Shown here: positions 1 to 8,854 of the stretch, piece by piece
Layout of the letters: each line of letters opens with the position of its first letter
How positions within the stretch are numbered: position 1 is the first letter of the stretch
Program-made: the position numbers and the translations under genes
Assembly: GCA_903844155.1 (NCBI GenBank)
Contig: CAIMSU010000113.1
Location: forward strand, 96,361-160,360
Origin: an uncultured Pseudomonadota bacterium
GTDB taxonomy: Bacteria; Myxococcota_A; UBA796; SXON01
Reading direction: 5' to 3'
Length of the DNA: 64,000 bases
The notes under the pieces: model-generated
The model's input: only the letters and a program-made list of their open reading frames with translations
What the model was told of the DNA's origin: nothing
Databases searched by the model: none

Positions 1-645
1 GTCGAGGACGTCGTGGCCAGCGCGGGGGGCGTGTCCTACAATGCGGGGGCGGTCTACATCCTGGACGTGGCGACCCGCGGGTACGCGCGCGTTGACGAGG
101 TTGCCAGCGCACAATGGAGCGGCGTGAGCGCCGACGACCGCGCGGGGGCCGCGCTTGCGGTCATCCCCGACGTGACCGGTGACGGCCTGGATGACCTGCT
201 CATCGGCGCGCCGGGCGTGGACGACGGCGGGACGGACGCCGGCGCGATCTATGTCGTCGCTGGCGGATCCACGGGGACGTCGTCGTTGTCGGCATCATCG
301 ATCATCATCACCGGGTCGGCGGCGTCTCTGGCGCTCGGGACCTCGGTCGCCGGGCTGGACTTGAACTCGGATGGCTACGTGGACCTCGCCGGCGGCGCGC
401 CCTCCACCGGCGGCGCGGGCGGGCAGGCGTTCCTGTTCTACGGCCCACTTTCAGCCGCGCTCAGCACCGCGAGCGCCGACGTTACCGTCCAGGGCTACCC
501 CAACGACCAGCTCGGGGCATCGATGGCCTCTGGCGACATCGATGGCGACGGTCGGGATGACTGGGTCATCGGCGCCTACGACGATTCCTACTGGTACTAC
601 TCCCAGGGTGGTGCAGTGTACGTCTACTACGGAAAGGGGCTCTGA
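1..645 (+). CDS. FG-GAP (integrin-alpha-like) repeat protein, C-terminal part; 5' end lies outside the window
   Basis: Frame 1 is open from base 1. Three FG-GAP calcium-loop patterns (DVTGDGLDDLLIGAPGVDD, DLNSDGYVDLAGGAP, GDIDGDGRDDWVIGAYDD), each followed by G..Y(V/L) strands. GC3-rich codons. Confidence 0.8.
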   Translation, partial: VEDVVASAGGVSYNAGAVYILDVATRGYARVDEVASAQWSGVSADDRAGAALAVIPDVTGDGLDDLLIGAPGVDDGGTDAGAIYVVAGGSTGTSSLSASSIIITGSAASLALGTSVAGLDLNSDGYVDLAGGAPSTGGAGGQAFLFYGPLSAALSTASADVTVQGYPNDQLGASMASGDIDGDGRDDWVIGAYDDSYWYYSQGGAVYVYYGKGL

Positions 646-1481
646 TGCTCGCCTTTCTCCTGCTTGCCCACCTCGCGCGCGCGGCCACGTGCAACCCCAC
701 GACGGCCGCGGACCTGCAGGCCCCTGTCACCGACGGCGAGTCGGGCGTCATCCAATTGGAGGAGGATCCCGTCCGCACAGCCGTGACGAAGGCCGACGAG
801 ACGCTCCGCTGCCTCACCGAGCTCCTCGCGCCGGCGGACGTGGCGGCGATCCATCGCCTCCACGCTTACGGGGCGTTTGTCGCGGGTGATACGGCGGCGA
901 CCCGCCGAGCGTTCGGCGCCGCGCGGGCGGCCGATCCCGCCTGGATCATCACCGACCGCCTGGCCCCGCCAGGGACGCCGCTCCGGAACCTCTTCAATAC
1001 CTCCTCGCTGGACGTCGCCACCGAGACCGTGAAGTTGCCCACTGGAACGCTGCTTTACGTGGATGGCATCAAGAGCTCGGAGCGTCCCCAGGACCGCCCG
1101 GCCCTCCTTCAGCTCACCTCGCTCTCGGGCCGCGTGCTGGCCACGGTGTGGCTGACGGAGGATCAGCCGCTACCGGACTGGTCGGCGTTCGCAAGTGCGG
1201 TGCCCGTCGCCATCGTTGCCCTGCCCAAGCCGCCACCGAGCCGGGTCCAGAAGGAGCGCAACGCGCTCCCGTGGTGGATCAGCGCGGGCGGTGCTGTGCT
1301 TGCCGGCGGAGGCGTTTACGCCTGGGCGCTCGCGGACCACGCACATTACGTCGATACAACCACGGGAATGGACGAGGCTCAGCTCGCCGCGTTGCGGCAG
1401 TCAGCCAACACCAAGGTCGTCATCTCCGGCGGGTTGGGCGCTGTGGGCATCGGGCTCGGGGTCGTGGCCCTGCGGTGGTAG
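645..1481 (+). CDS. Hypothetical secreted / membrane-anchored protein
   Basis: ATG overlaps the upstream stop (TGATG). Signal-like N-terminus MLAFLLLAHLARAATC. Two C-terminal hydrophobic helices (WWISAGGAVLAGGGVYAWAL; VVISGGLGAVGIGLGVVAL). No family recognised. Confidence 0.6.
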   Translation: MLAFLLLAHLARAATCNPTTAADLQAPVTDGESGVIQLEEDPVRTAVTKADETLRCLTELLAPADVAAIHRLHAYGAFVAGDTAATRRAFGAARAADPAWIITDRLAPPGTPLRNLFNTSSLDVATETVKLPTGTLLYVDGIKSSERPQDRPALLQLTSLSGRVLATVWLTEDQPLPDWSAFASAVPVAIVALPKPPPSRVQKERNALPWWISAGGAVLAGGGVYAWALADHAHYVDTTTGMDEAQLAALRQSANTKVVISGGLGAVGIGLGVVALRW

Positions 1482-1518
1482 CCGCCCAAAGGATTCCAGA
1501 GAACCCGCGTTGAACCGG

Positions 1519-3009
1519 CTACGGCGTCCACTCCAGCTCGATGTGGTAGGGCTCCTCCTCGTTGCCGGCATACCCAAGTGCGACGAGGTAGTAGGTCGTG
1601 TCCGGCTCCAACTGGACCTCGGTGGCGCAGGCTTCGGGGTCCGAGCCCGTGAGGCAATACGTACTTCCGAAGCTGGAGAACCAGTCGATGTACCCGTAGG
1701 TCTGATAGTCGCCGAAGATGCCGAAGTCCAGATCGTCCGTTGTGTTGGACCAGCTCGCGGTCATGCGAACGTTGACTGCCGCGGGGACGGTGAACGAGTA
1801 GGCGTCGCCGTCGTTGGCGGCCCAGCCGGTGCCGGCGAGGGTGAGTGAGCCGTCGATCGTGTCGACGTAGCCGAGGCCTGAGAGCATGCCGAGATCCTGG
1901 GCGACCAGGGTGTCGGGCACGAGCGCGTAGTTGGCGTCGAGCGAGACCGTGGTCGTGTCGGGTGTCGCTTCGGTAGCCTGAACGCCGATGACCTTGGGGA
2001 ACAGCGCGTCGAGGACGATGGGGTTGGCGACCGCGGTGGTCGTGTCGGTGGCGCTCGCCTGGATGGCAACCGTGCTGTAGAGCGAGCCTGCGGCCGGCGT
2101 CCCGTTGAGGTTCGTGAGCGTGCCGGCCATCAGGTAGATCGGCCCAGTGAGGGCGTTGTCCACGGTCGGGCTGGGAACGGGCGCGGTGTCGGCCCCGCCG
2201 CTGTCGGCCGCGGTGTCGGTGCTGGATGTATCGACCGGCGTGGTCACGCTCAGCAGATACGTCACGGTGTACGTGCCGTTCCACGTGTTTGTACCAGTGT
2301 CGAACGTCCAGCCCGTGACCGTGGTGCCGCCGACGGGGGCCGAAGCGACCGCCGGGTCGGACTCGAGGTACGCGCCGACGAGCACGGTGTTCTCGACCGG
2401 TGCCGAGCCGGACAGCACGGCTGTGTAGGGCGTCTCTGTGTCGCCGTTCGCGTTGGAGATCCCGCCGATGACGAGGATGTAGCTGCCACCCGCGAGCACA
2501 TCCGCGCTCGCTGTGTAGGTGCCGCCACTGCCGTCCGTTGATCCGCTGCCGAGGTTGGCGACGAGGTCCAGCGTGGTCGCGTCCACGATGTAGCAATCGT
2601 ACACGACTGCGTCCGACCCGGCGGCGGTGTCCGGGTTGGCACCGGTCGCGAACGAGAGGGTGACCGTGAACGTGCCGTCCGCCACGGGAGAGAACGCGTA
2701 GAGATCGGCGTCGCCGTAGGGGGCTGTCACGCCGTGGCTGTCGGTCTTCGGTGTCCACGAGCTGGTCGTGCCGGAGAGCATGACCGCGCGGTAGGTGAGG
2801 GCGCTGGAGCCCGCATCGCCGAGGGGTTGGGGTGTGGCGTCATTCGGGGCCGAGTGGGTGTCGACCTCGGTGACGGACGCCGGGGGGATGGTCGCCGTGC
2901 CGGTCAGGATCGTCTTGTCGTACCCGGTCTCGGGCACGTCGCAGGCGAGAAACAACACGGTGATCGTGGCCGGAATGGCGGCTCGCGAGAAAAGAGAAGG
3001 ACTGCGCAT
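1519..3009 (-). CDS. Lipoprotein with two pre-peptidase C-terminal (PPC)-like beta-sandwich domains
   Basis: ORF 1519..3195 trimmed to ATG 3009 (MRSPSLFSRAAIPATITVLFLAC lipobox); this ATG overlaps the upstream stop (ATGA). Two PPC-like patterns: DADLYAFSPVADGTFTVTL...GGSYILVIGG and DGDAYSFTVPAAVNVRMTASW...TTYYLVALGYAG...YHIELEW. Confidence 0.7.
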   Translation of the reverse strand: MRSPSLFSRAAIPATITVLFLACDVPETGYDKTILTGTATIPPASVTEVDTHSAPNDATPQPLGDAGSSALTYRAVMLSGTTSSWTPKTDSHGVTAPYGDADLYAFSPVADGTFTVTLSFATGANPDTAAGSDAVVYDCYIVDATTLDLVANLGSGSTDGSGGTYTASADVLAGGSYILVIGGISNANGDTETPYTAVLSGSAPVENTVLVGAYLESDPAVASAPVGGTTVTGWTFDTGTNTWNGTYTVTYLLSVTTPVDTSSTDTAADSGGADTAPVPSPTVDNALTGPIYLMAGTLTNLNGTPAAGSLYSTVAIQASATDTTTAVANPIVLDALFPKVIGVQATEATPDTTTVSLDANYALVPDTLVAQDLGMLSGLGYVDTIDGSLTLAGTGWAANDGDAYSFTVPAAVNVRMTASWSNTTDDLDFGIFGDYQTYGYIDWFSSFGSTYCLTGSDPEACATEVQLEPDTTYYLVALGYAGNEEEPYHIELEWTP

Positions 3010-5828
3010 CAGAATTCTCCACGGAGCCCGAGCTGGGCGTAGCGCGGGTGCTGGCGGGTGATGGGGTTGCCGAAGATGGGGTTTCCGGCGGCATCGGTGT
3101 ACACGCCGCTGCCGGTGTCGCTGCCGTAGGTCTCCTCGACCGCCTCGACGGTGCGGTCGTTGAAGACGTTGAAGACCTCCAGGGTGAGGTCCCACGTCGT
3201 CTTCTTGACGGCGAGGGTGAGGCCGGTCTTCAGGTCGAGCTGGGACTCGGCGGGGAGGCGGTAGGTGCCGTCCGTCGGGGTCTTGTACAGGTCCCAGCCC
3301 GAGTTGTACTGGTCGTAGTACAGCTTGTTGTAGGGCGCGCCGGAGAGGATGTAGAAATTCCAGCCATACAGGTACCCGAGGTGCACGCTCTCGGAGATCT
3401 TGATGGCGTTGGCGTTTCGCATCGAGCCGATGAGCTTGAGGCTGTGCGTGTGGTCGTAGCTCAGCAGGCCCGTCTCGACGTTCTGCTGCGTGGGGTTGTC
3501 GAAGGTCGCCGTGGCGAACTGGCCGTCGTTGGTGCCGTAGGCGCGCGACCAGGTGTAGGAGCCGAGCACGGAGAAGCCGTTGTCGAACTGGCGGTTGATC
3601 GCCAGTTCAAGGTCGGTGTAGTTGGTGAACGCGGCGTCCGGCGTTCGGATCCGGTAGATGGACTCGGCGCTGCCGTTGCGGAAGCCGATGACGTTGTCGC
3701 CCGCGGCGTTCCAGATGGCGTTCACCTCGTCGTCCTCCCAGAAGTTCTGGGCGTGCTCGTAGGTCCCGGTGATGTCCACGCCCCAGCCGGAGCCGAGGTC
3801 GCGCGAGAGCCCCACGTCGTAGTTGTCGGAGTGCGGGTCCTTGAGATCCTTGGAGATGACGCTCGACGACGACGCGGTGTAGATCGGCGATGTTCCCCAG
3901 TCGCCAACGCCGTTGTTCGCGCTCGCGTCCCAGCCGTACATCTTGTAGCCCTGGCTCTGGCGGTGCAGGATGCTCGAGACGGCGAGGAAGCCTGAGTCGT
4001 AGAAGCGGCCGTAGTAGGCGTGTGCGCTCGTCTTTCCGTCGCCCGTCAGATCCGCGGCGGCGCCCATGCGCGGGGCGAGGGTGAGCTTGGAGAAGGCCAG
4101 CTCGCCGATGTCGTTGTTGAGCCGGGAGTAGTCGAGGCGCAGGCCCGGACGCAGCGTCAGCCGCTTGATCGGGTTCCAGACGTCCTGGGCGTAGGCGCTG
4201 ATCAGCGAGCCGGTCAGGTGCACCTTCTGCTCGTTGTCGTACCGGATCTGGTACAGGTTCTGATACGTACCCATGTCCGCGGGGGAGTCGGTGCTCTCCT
4301 TGAAGGTCCAGTCGCGTATGCCCGGGAACTGGTCGTCGTCCACGAGATACTCGCCGGAGACGCCGATCTTGGACTGGTGCTCGCCGAGGAGCGAGAAGAA
4401 CTGGGTCCAGCTCGACTGCGCAGACATGCGGTAGCGGTGCGAGAGCTCGCCGTAGGGTTGGTCGCCGTTGTTGAAGTCGTCCGGGTACCAGGCGCTCCAG
4501 GGGTCTTTCAGCGACTTGATGCAGGTTGCCAGCGTTGCGTCGCTGCCGGCCTGATCCTCACAGCTCTTGGCGTAGTAGACAAGGTCCGAGCGTTGGAAGT
4601 ACGCGTTGGTCTGGATGAGCGTGGAGGCGCTGGGGGTCAGCAGGTGGCCGGCAGTGATGGAGAACCCGCCCTGGCGCCAGTTGTACTCGGCGTTGGGCAG
4701 GGTGTGCGGGTCCTGCGCGGCGTTGTCGATGTGGGTCGGGTCGCCCTCGGCCTGGATCCACAGCTTGTTCGCCGAGTTGATCTGCCAGGTCAGCTTGCCG
4801 AACCAATAGGCGCTTTTCCACACCTCGGGGGTCGGCTGGTACTGCGTGTCCGTCGGGCGGCCGACCGCGGGGTCGACGCTCTGGGTGCTGACGTGCAGAT
4901 CACCCTGCACACTGGCGAAGAACCACAGCTTGTCCTTGACGATCGGGCCGCCGAGGTTGAAGGCGAGCGACTGCTTCTGGTACTGGCCAAAGATCTCGTA
5001 CCCGGGGGTCGACGGGTTCGGCAGGGGCTTGGCCCACCGCAGGTTCAGGCCCGTGAACCCGGGAGCAACCTTTCCCGTCGTTGCGTCCGTCGGCGCGCCG
5101 GCTGAGTAGATGAGCTGCGCATCGCCGTGGAATTCGTTGCCGCCTGAGCGGGTGACGATGTTGACGGCGCCGCCGAGCGATTTGCCATACTCGGCGTCCA
5201 TGCCGCCGGTGACGACCTGCACCTCCTCGATGGCGTCGTAGTTCATGTTCTGCGAGAACGTGCCCGTGATCGGGTCCGTGTTGTTCACGCCGTCCGTCGA
5301 GAACTGGTTGGACGAGTCAAAGGACCCGTGCACGTTCGGGTTGCCGTTCCCGCTGTCGACGACGCCGGGGGCCAGCGTCGCGAGGCCCTGGTAGTCGCGG
5401 CCTGCAGCCGGGATGTCGCGCATGGACTCGCGGGTGAGCACGGCGCCGGACGAGGTCTTCTGCGTGTCGACGACGGGCTTGGCAGCGATGACGTCCACGC
5501 TCGCGGCGCCGGAGGCCGGTTGGAGCTTGATTTCGAGCTCCGCCTGTTGGCCGGTGATGACCAGGAGGCCGGTCGCGGTGTAGGGAAAGAACCCGTCCGC
5601 CTTGACCGTGATCGTGTACTTGCCAGGAGGGAGCGATGGAAACCGGTAGTTTCCGTCGTCATCGGTCGTCGCAGTGGCGGTGCCCATCAGCGCGTCCGAG
5701 GCTGCGTTGACGGTGAGACCGGGAACGCCGATGCCGGACGGGTCCGCGACGGTCCCGCGGATCTGACCGGTGACCTCGACGGCGTGCGCGGGCGGCGAGA
5801 AGGAGAGGGCGAGCAGGAGCGAGAGCAA
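3009..5828 (-). CDS. Oar-like TonB-dependent outer-membrane receptor family protein (carboxypeptidase-regulatory-like domain + plug + beta-barrel)
   Basis: TTG start, signal LLSLLLALSFSPPAHA. N-terminal CarboxypepD_reg pattern (GTVADPSGIGVPGLTVNA...TDDDGNYRFPSLPPGKYTITVKADGF). Plug-like VVDTQKTSSGAVLTRESMRDIP. Long Gly/aromatic-rich barrel ending in terminal ...LGLRGEF. Confidence 0.85.
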   Translation of the reverse strand: MLSLLLALSFSPPAHAVEVTGQIRGTVADPSGIGVPGLTVNAASDALMGTATATTDDDGNYRFPSLPPGKYTITVKADGFFPYTATGLLVITGQQAELEIKLQPASGAASVDVIAAKPVVDTQKTSSGAVLTRESMRDIPAAGRDYQGLATLAPGVVDSGNGNPNVHGSFDSSNQFSTDGVNNTDPITGTFSQNMNYDAIEEVQVVTGGMDAEYGKSLGGAVNIVTRSGGNEFHGDAQLIYSAGAPTDATTGKVAPGFTGLNLRWAKPLPNPSTPGYEIFGQYQKQSLAFNLGGPIVKDKLWFFASVQGDLHVSTQSVDPAVGRPTDTQYQPTPEVWKSAYWFGKLTWQINSANKLWIQAEGDPTHIDNAAQDPHTLPNAEYNWRQGGFSITAGHLLTPSASTLIQTNAYFQRSDLVYYAKSCEDQAGSDATLATCIKSLKDPWSAWYPDDFNNGDQPYGELSHRYRMSAQSSWTQFFSLLGEHQSKIGVSGEYLVDDDQFPGIRDWTFKESTDSPADMGTYQNLYQIRYDNEQKVHLTGSLISAYAQDVWNPIKRLTLRPGLRLDYSRLNNDIGELAFSKLTLAPRMGAAADLTGDGKTSAHAYYGRFYDSGFLAVSSILHRQSQGYKMYGWDASANNGVGDWGTSPIYTASSSSVISKDLKDPHSDNYDVGLSRDLGSGWGVDITGTYEHAQNFWEDDEVNAIWNAAGDNVIGFRNGSAESIYRIRTPDAAFTNYTDLELAINRQFDNGFSVLGSYTWSRAYGTNDGQFATATFDNPTQQNVETGLLSYDHTHSLKLIGSMRNANAIKISESVHLGYLYGWNFYILSGAPYNKLYYDQYNSGWDLYKTPTDGTYRLPAESQLDLKTGLTLAVKKTTWDLTLEVFNVFNDRTVEAVEETYGSDTGSGVYTDAAGNPIFGNPITRQHPRYAQLGLRGEF

Positions 5829-5918
5829 TCGGGGTGCCTCGGGGAGCGGGGGTGGCCGGAGACCGGAAAAGGTGCTTGTCTAATCGGATTGTGCGGGGTG
5901 GGCAACGGGAGGACTTTC

Positions 5919-5928
5919 TTGATACTCC
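5919..5928 (+). promoter_or_regulatory. TTGATACTCC box (TGnTACTCC) 7 nt upstream of ATG 5936
   Basis: The sequence reads ctTTGATACTCCccgcgccATG. There is no Shine-Dalgarno. It has the same GATAC core as the boxes at 22651, 27065, 46336 and 60869. Confidence 0.3.
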
Positions 5929-5935
5929 CCGCGCC

Positions 5936-8854
5936 ATGCTCGTTCTCCCACACACCATCGGCGCCATCACGCTCCACCGCAAGATCGGTACGGGCAGCGT
6001 CGCAGAGTCCTACCTGGCCACGCAGGACGGAAAGCCTGTGCTCGCCCGCAGGGTGTTGGCGTTCATCGCGCGGGATCCGGGGCGGCTGGCGGCGATCGAA
6101 GCGCGAGTGGAGGAGCTGTCCGGGTTCCGTCACCCGTCGCTGGTGCAGGTGCACGGGATCGTGCGGGAGAACGGAGAGACCTGCATCGTGGAGGAGTTCG
6201 TCGAAGGCGTGTCGCTGGAGCGACTCATCGCAGCGGCGCGGACGGGGAGCGTACAGCTTCCGCCGAACCTGTTTCTGCACATCGCGGTGCAGATCTGCAA
6301 CGCGTTGGAGGCGCTCCACAGCCGGCCCAGCGCGACCGCGGACAGCGTTCTGCACCTCGGGATCAAGCCCGGCGCCGTGTTTCTGGGGGTGGATGGCAAG
6401 GTGGTCGTCGGGTCGTTCGGCCTCACGCGGAGCCCGAGCACGCTGCCCCAGGGAGGCTCGGCGGGATCGGTGGTGCTGCGAATGGAGTACCTCTCGCCTG
6501 AGCAGACGCATGCCGACCAGATGCTCACCCCGGCCTCGGACCTTTTCTCCCTCGGGGCGGTGCTGTACGAACTGTTGACGTTGGAGAGCCTTTTCAGGGC
6601 GGACTCCAACCTCCAGACCATCCACCGGATCCGCCGCGGCGAGGTGACGAGTCAACTGCTGAAGATCAAGTCCCGGATGCCCGGGCTCGACAAGCTGCTG
6701 TACCGGGCGCTCTCGGTGAACCCGAAGCATCGCTACCAACGCGCCTTCGTGCTTCGGGAGGACCTGCGTGGCCTGATGTCGGGCTACAGCTTTGCGGCGG
6801 TGAATGAGGAGGCCAGGAGCTGGTTGGCGCCGCTGTTTGCGGAGGGCGCAAGGGCGCTCGACCTCCTCGCGACGCCGACGGAGGTTCCTCTCGAGACGCC
6901 GACGTTGGCCCCGGTGCCGTCCGTGCTCCCGGGCCTCCTCGTGGGGCTTCACGATCAGGACGACGGGCCGGGGGAGTCCGAGACCACCGACTTTGGCTTC
7001 TTCCCGGCTGGACAGCCGGAGAAATCGTCGCCGGGCCTCGTCAATCTCGCGGATCCCGAGGCCGCCAGGGGCCTGACTGTGCAGGGGTTCCCGGACCCCA
7101 CGGCGTCTGCGGCTGAGGCGGCCCCAGGCCCGGCTCCGTCAACGCCCGCCTCGCCACCGACGGGGCCGCGTACCTCCAACCGTCAGCAGATCACGCTCGT
7201 GGCGCTCGGCGACGACGAGGACGCGGTCCCGCCGGTTCGTGACGGTGGCACGTTGCTACCGGAGCAGTTCTCGCCCGAGACGACGGCCGCGTGGATCGCC
7301 AACGCCACCGCGGCGCCCCCACCACCGGGCCGTCCGACCGTGTCGCTGACGCCTGCGAACGCCAGCGGTCCCGAGAACACCGCGTCGTTCCTGCCTTCGG
7401 AGGAGCCCGACAATACGGCCGCGCACATCCACCCGCCGAACCTCGACCCGCCCTCTGCCTTCGGGGAGGAGCGAACGCTGACCCAGACCGGAACCCCGGG
7501 CCGCCCGAACGAGAGCCTTCCCCCACCGGTGGCGGCGCCGCTGCCAGCGCCCGCGCCCCTGCTCGCCCCGCCCCTCCAAAGCGTTCCGCCGCTCGCGGGG
7601 CGGCGCACGGTGCCTCCCCCCGTCGCACCGGCGCCGTTTGAGTCGTTCGAAGGGGATCTTTACGCGCCACCACCGGCTTCGCGCGCGCCTGTCCTCGTGA
7701 TGGCGGCTGGGCTTGGATTGGTCGCGATCCTCGCGTGTTCCGGCATCGGCTACGGCGTGTGGAGCTACGCCGTCGAGGCGCGCGCCGAGCGCGTCGCAGC
7801 AGCCATGAAGGACGCTGCGCCGCCGCTGGTACAGCCCAGCGACGACCCTGCCGCCACGATGGCCGGTGGTGCCCCGGCGACCGCGCCGGTCGCGCCGGAG
7901 GCCAACCCTGCGGAGCCCGTAGCGGCCAGCCCAGCCGCGCCGGTCGCGTCCGCGACTCCCGCCGCTGTTCCGTCGCCCGCCCCCGTCGCAGCGTCGCCCC
8001 CGACCCCCGCACCGGCCCCCGTCACCCGTCCGCCCGCACAGCCCGAGCCCGTCGCGGCGCCTGTGTCCCGGCCGGTTGCGCAGGTTCAACCTCCCGCTGG
8101 CCCCGTCTCGCGTCCCTCCCCGCCGCCGCCCGCCCCGGCGCCCGTTTCCCGGCCGGTCGCTGCAGTCGATCGGGTCTCCCAGCCCGTCGCTGTCAGCCGT
8201 CCCGTCGCCGTCGCCCCGCCCGCTCCCGTCAGCCGGCCTGCGCCGACCCCCGCAACACTTTCGGTTCAGCCCGCCGCCGACCTCGCCGACGACACGCTCT
8301 CCGTCGGGTCCAGCGCCGTCAACCTCGACGCCCTCGCAACAGACGCCCGCTCCGGCCGCCTCCGACCCGACGACGCCGCGGTGCTCGCCGCAATCCCCAC
8401 GTCGGACGCCGGCTACACGCGCGCCCAGGCGCTCCTCCTCTCCAACGCGCAGAAGAAGGGCGACAAGGCCGGCACCGAACAGGCCCTCAACGCCCTCTTC
8501 GCGCTCCCGGAGAACGGCTACAACCCCCAGTTCCTCGCCGCAGACGCGCTGTTTTTGGTCAACAGTGGGCTCTACGACCGCGCGCTCACCCGGGCGCAGC
8601 TCGCCGAGAAGTACTGGAGCCGCCTGCCGCCCTCGCAGTCGTTCGCGATGCGGACGCAGATCTACGAGGTTGAAGCTGCCGCGTGGCAGGGCAAGTTCTA
8701 CAACTCGGGTGGCGACCAGGCCGCGCTGGACAACGCCATCCGAGGCTGGCAGAAGTACAGCGACCTCGTCGCCGAACAGTCCCGGGCGGACCTGCAGAAG
8801 AACGCCCAGGCCCAGATCGGCAAGCTTCAGGACATCAAGACGCGGATGCAGTAG
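5936..8854 (+). CDS. Membrane-spanning Ser/Thr-kinase-like pseudokinase with Pro-rich repeat tract and C-terminal helical (TPR-like) domain
   Basis: ORF 5834..8854 trimmed to ATG 5936. Kinase fold is recognisable (IGTGSVAESY loop, HPSLV, SPE, DLFSLGAVLYELLT), but VAIK is VLARR, HRDLKPxN is HLGIKPGA and DFG is SFG. One TM helix (VLVMAAGLGLVAILACSGIGYGVW). PVSRP repeats follow, then a helical C-terminus. Confidence 0.8.
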   Translation: MLVLPHTIGAITLHRKIGTGSVAESYLATQDGKPVLARRVLAFIARDPGRLAAIEARVEELSGFRHPSLVQVHGIVRENGETCIVEEFVEGVSLERLIAAARTGSVQLPPNLFLHIAVQICNALEALHSRPSATADSVLHLGIKPGAVFLGVDGKVVVGSFGLTRSPSTLPQGGSAGSVVLRMEYLSPEQTHADQMLTPASDLFSLGAVLYELLTLESLFRADSNLQTIHRIRRGEVTSQLLKIKSRMPGLDKLLYRALSVNPKHRYQRAFVLREDLRGLMSGYSFAAVNEEARSWLAPLFAEGARALDLLATPTEVPLETPTLAPVPSVLPGLLVGLHDQDDGPGESETTDFGFFPAGQPEKSSPGLVNLADPEAARGLTVQGFPDPTASAAEAAPGPAPSTPASPPTGPRTSNRQQITLVALGDDEDAVPPVRDGGTLLPEQFSPETTAAWIANATAAPPPPGRPTVSLTPANASGPENTASFLPSEEPDNTAAHIHPPNLDPPSAFGEERTLTQTGTPGRPNESLPPPVAAPLPAPAPLLAPPLQSVPPLAGRRTVPPPVAPAPFESFEGDLYAPPPASRAPVLVMAAGLGLVAILACSGIGYGVWSYAVEARAERVAAAMKDAAPPLVQPSDDPAATMAGGAPATAPVAPEANPAEPVAASPAAPVASATPAAVPSPAPVAASPPTPAPAPVTRPPAQPEPVAAPVSRPVAQVQPPAGPVSRPSPPPPAPAPVSRPVAAVDRVSQPVAVSRPVAVAPPAPVSRPAPTPATLSVQPAADLADDTLSVGSSAVNLDALATDARSGRLRPDDAAVLAAIPTSDAGYTRAQALLLSNAQKKGDKAGTEQALNALFALPENGYNPQFLAADALFLVNSGLYDRALTRAQLAEKYWSRLPPSQSFAMRTQIYEVEAAAWQGKFYNSGGDQAALDNAIRGWQKYSDLVAEQSRADLQKNAQAQIGKLQDIKTRMQ
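8050..8250 (+). repeat. Proline-rich tandem motif (A/G)PVSRP, about six copies, inside the pseudokinase gene
   Basis: Translation reads PVAAPVSRPVAQVQPPAGPVSRPSPPPPAPAPVSRPVAAVDRVSQPVAVSRPVAVAPPAPVSRPAPTPA. The DNA shows recurring cc(c/g)gt(g/c/t)tc(c/g)cg(g/t)cc units. Confidence 0.7.

Noticed and set aside
8835-8854. 20-nt convergent overlap of the pseudokinase and htpG 3' ends, considered as an antisense regulatory feature.
   Set aside because: Short 3'-3' overlaps are common in compact high-GC genomes. No hairpin or other signal is seen there.
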